From the NCBI GenBank assembly GCA_000996605.1, contig LCOP01000001.1, positions 1 through 39,652 of the forward strand: 39,652 bases of DNA, written 5' to 3'. Made by a program: the position numbers and the translations under genes. The notes beneath the pieces were generated by a model that was given only the letters and a program-made list of their open reading frames with translations, had not been told where the DNA came from and ran no database searches. The stretch's first letter is position 1. Every line of letters begins with the position of its first letter. This document shows, in pieces, positions 18,556 to 25,370 of the stretch. This DNA comes from Parcubacteria group bacterium GW2011_GWA1_47_8 (GTDB lineage: Bacteria; Patescibacteriota; Minisyncoccia; Phycocordibacterales; UBA1550).

Positions 18556-19884
18556 TTATTTGAGAAGCGATATCTGTTTTTCTTTGAGCACCAACTTGCT
18601 TCGCAGATGACTTAGCAACTCTCGCTTCTCGTATATAGATCGCTTTCGTAGAATGTGCTTCGCGTAGTTTCTGATGTCGATATCCTTGATTTTCACTTTC
18701 TCCATTACTTCTCGTCCAAGCACTGATTCTTGGAACTCATTGTGTTGCTCAATCTCGGCTTTAATCTTGTCTTTCATTCCGATCTCGTCGAGCGATACTA
18801 TGTCAAGGATGTTGGCGAGTTGTTCGACCAGATCCTCCTCTCGAATGTATCCGCATGGGCAGTTCTTGTCCTTGAATTTCGTGCATCCGTAGTACACATA
18901 CCTGTTTGTCGTCCCATCTTTGAGCTTCTTAAATTTCTCATCAGCCGTCACTCCCGATCCGCAGAGTCCGCAGGTAATCATCTTTGTGAAGGCAAACTCC
19001 TTGTCTTGGGCTCTCACTCCATAGTCATTCGTAATCTTGTTCTGTACTTGAGCGTATAAATCTTTGGTTATGATCGGATCATGCTTACCGACGTACCATT
19101 GTCCACCACCTTTCGGGTATTCAAACTCGCCATAGTAAAAAGTGCTTTTTAGAATTATGTAGACATTGCTCAGCGTGAGAGGTTTTCCATGTTTTGTCTT
19201 GAATCGTATATCCTCAGCTAGCCATTTGAATAGTTTTCGACCAGACCATCCATCATACGCAACTTTTTCGAACATTTGTTTGATCACGCCAGCTCGTTGT
19301 TCATCAAGAACCACTTCGCACTTTCTGTTTCTATCTGAATGACTCAGATATCCAGTCGGAGGCACTGATGGCCAGAGTCCCATCTCACACCGCGCCCGAA
19401 GTCCTCGCTTCACATTGACCATCTTGTTGTCATTCTCAAGTTTTGCTTGCGACCCAAGAATCATCAGGAGGAATTTCTCGTTCGGGTTGTTTGTGAACTT
19501 CTGTCCGTAGGTGCGTATCTCGTGGAGCAGTTTCTGATCCATCAGGTCTACCACCGATCCAAGGTCTCCGGCGTTTCTCGACAGGCGATCGGGTGCCCAT
19601 GTCAGAATGCCATTGAATTTACCTTGCCTGATTTCGTTGATTAGTTCGTTGTATACTGGCCTCTGCCCAACCTCTTTGGAAGAGTGCGACTCTCGCTTGA
19701 TCTCGACTATTTCAAGCCCCTCGCGCTCGGCGAGACTAATCATCTCCCTTACCTGCGACTCTATTGATAATGCTTGCTTGTCCTCTTGCTCCGTTGATTT
19801 ACGGGCATACAGACAGTACTTAATCGTTGGTGGGGTTACCTCTGGTGCCATCCCCATCGCTGGCTTTTGTGTTGTTTTTTCCAT
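18556..19884 (-). CDS. Large serine recombinase (resolvase, recombinase and Zn-ribbon domains)
   Basis: YARKS catalytic Ser, DRLSRN, PPTGY, HDPII, and CGLCG...YYGC...CPC zinc ribbon. Confidence 0.95.
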   Translation of the reverse strand: MEKTTQKPAMGMAPEVTPPTIKYCLYARKSTEQEDKQALSIESQVREMISLAEREGLEIVEIKRESHSSKEVGQRPVYNELINEIRQGKFNGILTWAPDRLSRNAGDLGSVVDLMDQKLLHEIRTYGQKFTNNPNEKFLLMILGSQAKLENDNKMVNVKRGLRARCEMGLWPSVPPTGYLSHSDRNRKCEVVLDEQRAGVIKQMFEKVAYDGWSGRKLFKWLAEDIRFKTKHGKPLTLSNVYIILKSTFYYGEFEYPKGGGQWYVGKHDPIITKDLYAQVQNKITNDYGVRAQDKEFAFTKMITCGLCGSGVTADEKFKKLKDGTTNRYVYYGCTKFKDKNCPCGYIREEDLVEQLANILDIVSLDEIGMKDKIKAEIEQHNEFQESVLGREVMEKVKIKDIDIRNYAKHILRKRSIYEKRELLSHLRSKLVLKEKQISLLK

Positions 19885-19951
19885 ACAACACAAGGAATGA
19901 CGCATACCTCTCTAGGAGTCCAGAGCGTCCTAAACGCCCTAAGTTGGTAAC

Positions 19952-21490
19952 TTATGAGTCAGAATATGGTCTATTGCTCGCTGGAAACATACCCCTTTTC
20001 CTGAGAGGGGTCGGATTGTCTAACCATGCTGGTCTAGGAAAAGTACCAGCAGTTCCTCCTGACCTATTATTTTCAAGTGTCTTGACTACGAGATATGCAA
20101 AAGCGTCTGCAAGGTCATCATGCCTTTCTTTTCCAAACCCTAACAACTGCTGAATGAGTTCTTCGCATCCTGTGTGCGGGAAGAACACACGAGTGTCCTT
20201 CATCATGGGAGTTGCAAGACGCAAACGCGCCGCTTTATCGCTCCCTTTGGTCGGAGCGGCTTCGACATCATACTTGCTCTGTTCCAGAAGCTGGACGAGT
20301 GCTTTTTGATACGCCACATCCTCTATATAGAACTTCACACGCGAACACTTCTGCAGGTGGAGTGCATCCAAAGATTTGATGCGATCGACTTGAGCTGGAA
20401 ATGTGAGACGTTCATTTATGGGATGAGGCTGGATGTAAATTTTGAGGTTCTTTCCGTACCCATAGATATATCCAATGACCATGGCGGTATAGTCAGCGGA
20501 CTGTTTCTCACTAATCGCAAGATCAACCCCGATAGCTATCGTCTGGGGTTTACCACTCGGCAGGTCATCATAGCGATGTATCCATTCAGGGTGAACAACT
20601 CGCTCTGCGGTGGAAATGATCTTGAGTTCATATTCCCGATACCACGCGATATCATCCATAGTCTTTTCTTTTTCTTCCCTGATACTTTCTGGTGTCGGAT
20701 ATTTCCCCGGCCACAGAGGGTTTCCGTGTTCATCAATGATCGGATACTCACGATACGTTCCGTGCATTCGCTCCATGTCGCCATTTTCGATTTTCATCTG
20801 AAGGCGCTTCAATACCGAATCTTCGTGCAATAGGTTTCCTACTGCGATAATGCGAGTTCGCTTGTCTCCAGCTGGGATAATTTCACTTGTAAGCCAGTTA
20901 AAAACCTTGTCCCTGCCTTCTCGAGTTTTAACCGAGTTCGTATCTTCAATGTCGTCGAGAATAATGAGATCGGGACGATGCTCATCATGACGCATACCGC
21001 GAATGCTCTGCTCAGTTGAGCTGATCATGATCTTCACGTTCAGTCTTTTGATAATGAGAGCGGTCGCATTACCCAGGCTATTCTTTTCTTCTTCAAACGG
21101 CCCGAGGTCTTTCCGCAAAAGCTCGTTATTGAGGAGTTGATTTTTGATGTTTGAGAGATACTGTCGAGACTTCTGCTCGGTCTGTCCGCAGATCACTATA
21201 AACTTCCGCTGTTGCACGCCTAAAATCGACCACAGAACATACGCGGTAGTGATGATGGTCGATTTGGCAGATCCTCGGAACGCGACGATAACCGCGAGCT
21301 TGATCGCATCGTCTTCAAGAATGCGGAATATCTCCTCATGGAAAGGAGCTGTCTCGTATTCCATGTATCGATGGAAATAGATGGGAAAGAAATGCTCAAA
21401 ACTCTTTTGAACGACGTTCTTTCGCAGTACTTTATCAATGAGAATCTTCTCGAATAGATCCTCGACTCTATTTTTCTTTTTTCTTGCCAT
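19952..21490 (-). CDS. Phage terminase large subunit
   Basis: Walker A AFRGSAKST, IRG...RPDLIILDD Walker B, nuclease IGVDLA...ADYTA and HDDLADA. Confidence 0.92.
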   Translation of the reverse strand: MARKKKNRVEDLFEKILIDKVLRKNVVQKSFEHFFPIYFHRYMEYETAPFHEEIFRILEDDAIKLAVIVAFRGSAKSTIITTAYVLWSILGVQQRKFIVICGQTEQKSRQYLSNIKNQLLNNELLRKDLGPFEEEKNSLGNATALIIKRLNVKIMISSTEQSIRGMRHDEHRPDLIILDDIEDTNSVKTREGRDKVFNWLTSEIIPAGDKRTRIIAVGNLLHEDSVLKRLQMKIENGDMERMHGTYREYPIIDEHGNPLWPGKYPTPESIREEKEKTMDDIAWYREYELKIISTAERVVHPEWIHRYDDLPSGKPQTIAIGVDLAISEKQSADYTAMVIGYIYGYGKNLKIYIQPHPINERLTFPAQVDRIKSLDALHLQKCSRVKFYIEDVAYQKALVQLLEQSKYDVEAAPTKGSDKAARLRLATPMMKDTRVFFPHTGCEELIQQLLGFGKERHDDLADAFAYLVVKTLENNRSGGTAGTFPRPAWLDNPTPLRKRGMFPASNRPYSDS

Positions 21491-21893
21491 GGTTTCGAAG
21501 GGATGAAAGCTTCAATGCTTCCCGTATCAGTTTCTTTTGCTCCTTAGTGAGTGGTTCGTCTTTGCTTGATACTGAACCAGACAGCTCAAGCTTGTTGCTG
21601 TACCGAGAATTGTGAGTTGAGAGATACAATCGGATTGCCTCAATCTTTTTGTCTCCGATAAGAGAGAAGAGTTGGTTCTCGGCAATGTCAGACATAAACG
21701 TTCTGCCCTCAACAAGAGCTTCGTCGACCTTTTTTTCGAACTTTCCGCTTGCTTTGATCCATCGGTATACAGTTGCTCTGGCAATGCCAACTTTTTGGCA
21801 GGATGTCTCGATAGTTGGGGTACGCTTCAACTGTTCAAGGAATGCCTTTTTGAGTTTGTTCTGACGAGCTTTGATGGTGTCGCGCCTGCTCAT
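21468..21893 (-). CDS. Putative terminase small subunit (HTH protein)
   Basis: HTH SCQKVGIARATVYRW, then AENQL and AIRLYL; overlaps the start of TerL. Confidence 0.7.
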   Translation of the reverse strand: MSRRDTIKARQNKLKKAFLEQLKRTPTIETSCQKVGIARATVYRWIKASGKFEKKVDEALVEGRTFMSDIAENQLFSLIGDKKIEAIRLYLSTHNSRYSNKLELSGSVSSKDEPLTKEQKKLIREALKLSSLRNHGKKKEK

Positions 21894-22648
21894 ATCTTTT
21901 TGGCTTTAAGCCCGGTTAACTTCTGGAATCGATCAATAATGGTCTGGCAATATTCTGGATCAAGTTCGACGCCGATGCAGACGCGCTTTGTCTGTTCACA
22001 CGCGAGCAATGCCGTACCTGATCCGAGGAAGCCGTCATACACCACATCTCCGATGCGTGTGCTGTTGAGAATTAGTCGACGAATGAGATCCAGCGGTTTG
22101 GTCGTCGGATGCATCTTGCTCTTGTTCGGTTTTGGGCAAACCAAGACACTCTTATCTTTTGACTTTAGAAACTCATGAACGCCGTACCAGCCGTACGCAA
22201 TAAGCTCGTGCTGGGGAGCATAATCCATGCGACCAATCACTGCGTGAGTTTTGACCCATATCAGAAGCTGTCCAAATTTGAGACCGGTCTCAAGCATTCC
22301 TTCACGAAGCGCAAAGACCATCTTGTCCGAGTTGAAGATATAGAAGCTATTTTTGCGCTCAAGGTGTGGAAGTACCGCCTCGATCCAGTCGCGGGTGAAC
22401 TTTCGGTACTCCTCATCGCTTTGGAGGTGGTCTCCCGCGATTACTTTGTTCTTCGCTAGCGTTTGGAAGCCCTCTTTGCTTTCGGTTACCGCAACGCCAT
22501 AAGGAGGATCAATTACTACCGCCTTGATTTTGCGTTTTCCAACTAGCTTGGCAACCATGTCCTTGTTGCGAGAATCTGCGCAGAGAAGGAGATGATTGCC
22601 AAGGCGAAATGCTTCTCCATATTTAATTAAGTTTGGTGACTTGTTCAT
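21890..22648 (-). CDS. DNA N6-A/N4-C methyltransferase (beta class)
   Basis: DPPY, HPTTKP, DGFLGSGT. Confidence 0.93.
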   Translation of the reverse strand: MNKSPNLIKYGEAFRLGNHLLLCADSRNKDMVAKLVGKRKIKAVVIDPPYGVAVTESKEGFQTLAKNKVIAGDHLQSDEEYRKFTRDWIEAVLPHLERKNSFYIFNSDKMVFALREGMLETGLKFGQLLIWVKTHAVIGRMDYAPQHELIAYGWYGVHEFLKSKDKSVLVCPKPNKSKMHPTTKPLDLIRRLILNSTRIGDVVYDGFLGSGTALLACEQTKRVCIGVELDPEYCQTIIDRFQKLTGLKAKKI

Positions 22649-23900
22649 GTGAGATTTTCTTAAAGCGATTAATAATGACCTGACAAAATACTGGCTCCAT
22701 TTCGCAAAGGTACGCGGTCCGTTTAAGTTGTTCGCACGCCGAGAGGATGCTTCCTGATCCAGCCGTCAGATCAAGTACGACATCGCCAGGACGAGTGCAA
22801 CGGCGCAATGCCTTCTCGTGGAGAGTCGGGCTTTTTTGAGTCGGATGTTGATATTCAGAACTCGGCAATCGCTTCACGAGCCAGATATTGAAGAGGTCGA
22901 GTATGTCGTCGGTAAGGCGGTTGCCTGTGGTAACTTCTTTATTCTGAATCTCATTCAAGTTCTTGATCTTGTCGTTAAGCCAAGGACGGCCAACAGTTCC
23001 GTACACGCAAAATTCGGTTACCTTGTTGAATGCAACTTTTGGTGTGGGTGATTGATTGTCCTTAATCCAAATGCAAAGACGCTTGGAATCAATACCAAGC
23101 TCTCGATATGCTTTTTGGAATAACCACACATAGCGTTCGTCGCACCAGAACATCACGTGAGTGTCTGGCTTCGCTACCGATAGCGCATTCTGCATTACTG
23201 ACTTCACGAATGTCTCGTATTCCGCATCAGACTTGCTGTCGTTAGTGGTACCACCGTACTTGCCTTTGTTGCCGACACCCTTGTTGTATGAGAGGCCAAT
23301 GTTGAACGGCAAGTCATCATTGATGAGGTCTACTTTTACATTGCCCATCAACTTTTGAACGCTCTCAGTTTTGGTCGCGTCTGAACAAAGTAAACGATGA
23401 CGTCCAAGAGCGAAGTAGTCTCCGTGCTTGATGCCAGTATCCTTTGCTTTTTCAACCTCCTCATCCTCGTCGAATTCGTCGTCACTGATCTCTAGGTTGT
23501 CGTCATAAATATTAGACAAGTCGAGAGAATCAAAACCTGCCGTGAGAAGCTCTCCGAGGTCGAACTCAGCGGCGAGCTTCTCGAAGTCCCACGATCCACC
23601 CGAACGATTCGAGGTAAGGAGATAGTCACGGAACTCTGCTTCCGTGAGTGGTCTATTCGGCACCCGTACTTCAATTTCTTCTTCACCTCTACCAAGAAGG
23701 GAGAGCGCAAGTACCCTCTGGTTGCCAGCCACCAAGGTGCCGTCCGTGTTGATGCACGGAAGCTCGGCGACATTGAATTTCTTGAGACTGCGCTTCAACC
23801 CCTCAAGCTGGGTTTCTGATAGTGTGCGAGGATTCTTTTCGTAGCGAATAAGATCTTTCACTTTTCGGCGTTCCGTACGCCACTCTAATTTCTTTGCCAT
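22623..23900 (-). CDS. ParB-like N-terminal domain fused to a DNA methyltransferase with variant motifs
   Basis: YEKNPR and LVAGNQR (ParB-like). DLPF replaces DPPY; also HPTQKS and DLTAGSGS. Confidence 0.85.
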   Translation of the reverse strand: MAKKLEWRTERRKVKDLIRYEKNPRTLSETQLEGLKRSLKKFNVAELPCINTDGTLVAGNQRVLALSLLGRGEEEIEVRVPNRPLTEAEFRDYLLTSNRSGGSWDFEKLAAEFDLGELLTAGFDSLDLSNIYDDNLEISDDEFDEDEEVEKAKDTGIKHGDYFALGRHRLLCSDATKTESVQKLMGNVKVDLINDDLPFNIGLSYNKGVGNKGKYGGTTNDSKSDAEYETFVKSVMQNALSVAKPDTHVMFWCDERYVWLFQKAYRELGIDSKRLCIWIKDNQSPTPKVAFNKVTEFCVYGTVGRPWLNDKIKNLNEIQNKEVTTGNRLTDDILDLFNIWLVKRLPSSEYQHPTQKSPTLHEKALRRCTRPGDVVLDLTAGSGSILSACEQLKRTAYLCEMEPVFCQVIINRFKKISHEQVTKLN

Positions 23901-23932
23901 AGTTGTGTGATTAATAATTGATAATCAGTACA

Positions 23933-24163
23933 ACAAAAACACCAACCGCAGTGGTTGGTGTTAGTGCATAAGAAAAGGAGGCAGAGATACTTAACGAATG
24001 CAACAACAGCAACCGATTTGGTTGTATTGTTACCTTCGTCAAAGACCCCTTGATCAGAATTTAAAACTTCTGTCCGGCAAACTCCCTCGACTCATGAACG
24101 TGATAGACGTTCATCCGCGTATCTCAACGCGCATAAGGCAATACTTTATGTTTTCAATGTACT
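23933..24163 (-). ncRNA. Candidate structured leader/ncRNA upstream of the methylase-terminase-recombinase operon
   Basis: Hairpins at 24132-24150, 24116-24131, 24094-24114 and 24055-24072, a long stem at 23983-24050 whose G-U pairs favour the minus strand, and a terminator-like hairpin at 23938-23962. Candidate promoter TTGCAA (24197-24192) / TAAACT (24175-24170). Confidence 0.55.
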
Positions 24164-24287
24164 ACATACAGTTTAGTACGCAGGGGGAAAATTGCAATAG
24201 ACTCTTAGGATCGTTGTCTACAGCTGTAGACAACCGAGCTACACAAATCTCCAAAAGTAAGCTGGAATGGAGCTGTAGCAATTTTTT

Positions 24288-24296
24288 TGCTATAAT
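24288..24296 (+). promoter_or_regulatory. Extended -10 promoter
   Basis: Perfect TGnTATAAT (tgctataat). Confidence 0.7.
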
Positions 24297-24318
24297 TTAT
24301 TCACAGCTGAATATCAGT

Positions 24319-24510
24319 CGACCTAACCCCTTTGGAATCCCCAAAGGATATGGTCGCAAAGCCCGCTAGAGATCAAAGGACTCCCAGTCAGAGTCACTCT
24401 AGCGGGTCATATCGGGAAACCGGTATGGGTATGGCCGAAAGGTTGTATCGCAATGGCTGGGAGCCTTTTGATTATCTGAAGGTTTCCGTCGTTCAAAAAC
24501 CCGCTAGAGA
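24319..24510 (+). ncRNA. Candidate structured RNA / switch in the 5' leader of the nuclease gene
   Basis: A 19-bp helix (24372-24390/24454-24472) encloses two GAAA-tetraloop hairpins (24408-24427, 24428-24449). CTCTAGCGGGT (24397-24407) is complementary to both 24361-24371 and 24499-24509. Confidence 0.7.
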
Positions 24511-24514
24511 ACAT

Positions 24515-25117
24515 ATGTATAAAAGAATTCCCGTGAGTAAGCTCACGGGCACTGAACAATTTAAGAATGTAGGTTCCAAGAAATTCTCCGTGCAGGAGTT
24601 TTGGAGTTATGGATTTTCCAACCTCAACTCAAATGTCCTGCGAGGAGCACTCGCAGAATTTATCGTGGAGAACGCACTTCGGGGGAGTGAGCAAATAGAT
24701 GTTCGCAATCCATGGGGCGACTCAGACGTTATCGCGCCAGATGGAAAAAAGATTGAGGTGAAGTGTTGCTCGTATATTCAGGATTGGGATCAGAATGATT
24801 TTTCAAAAATCCTCTGGAGCGGGCTCAAAGCCAAGACCCTCTATTGGTCTTCAGCAGTTAGTGATTTCCCGAGAAGTCCTGCCGATTATAAATCGGATAT
24901 TTATGTACTCGCGCTTTTCAAACACCAAGACCACGCCACGCTCGATATCCTTGATATGAACCAGTGGTGTTTTTACGTACTTTCAAAAGACCGAATTAAA
25001 GAGTTATCCAAAAATGGGAATAGTATCTCGCTCATTCGCCTAGAAAAATTTGATATTACCCCAGTCGGCTTCACTGAAATCTCCAAAACGATAGCCGACA
25101 TTCCAGCTCTAAATTGA
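24515..25117 (+). CDS. Restriction-endonuclease-like PD-(D/E)XK protein
   Basis: RGALAEFIV...DSDV...IEVK motif. Start moved to ATG 24515 because the upstream in-frame extension is the structured leader. Confidence 0.7.
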   Translation: MYKRIPVSKLTGTEQFKNVGSKKFSVQEFWSYGFSNLNSNVLRGALAEFIVENALRGSEQIDVRNPWGDSDVIAPDGKKIEVKCCSYIQDWDQNDFSKILWSGLKAKTLYWSSAVSDFPRSPADYKSDIYVLALFKHQDHATLDILDMNQWCFYVLSKDRIKELSKNGNSISLIRLEKFDITPVGFTEISKTIADIPALN

Positions 25118-25165
25118 CCTTTCTTTTTGTCTCAAAATGGTGTAAACTAATGGTAAGTTAGCTTT

Positions 25166-25366
25166 ATGCCAACAAATCACGACAAAAACCTTTCCGCCCT
25201 CCCCGATATCCTGACACTCCAACAGGCGTGTGATGTTTTGAATTGCCATCCAAACACACTCCGCAGTTGGGACAACAAAGGTATTTTGAAGGCAATACGC
25301 TTTGGAGCACGGAGAGATCGTCGTTATCGTAAGGAGGATATTTTGAAAGTGCTCAATCAGAAATAA
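25166..25366 (+). CDS. Excisionase/MerR-like HTH DNA-binding protein
   Basis: LTLQQACDVLNCHPNTLRSWDNKG...RRY. Confidence 0.85.
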   Translation: MPTNHDKNLSALPDILTLQQACDVLNCHPNTLRSWDNKGILKAIRFGARRDRRYRKEDILKVLNQK

Positions 25367-25370
25367 AAAT

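Noticed and set aside
23998-24369. 123-aa ORF in the divergent intergenic region
   Set aside because: No motif; it crosses both promoters and both structured leaders, so it is likely spurious.
24319-24510. Known ribozyme or riboswitch class (hammerhead, HDV-like, T-box, SAM)
   Set aside because: I could not find the conserved cores such as CUGAUGA; left unclassified pending an Rfam search.
24332-24514. N-terminal extension of the nuclease ORF (TTG start at 24332)
   Set aside because: The region folds as a strongly structured RNA and the family-like sequence begins after ATG 24515.
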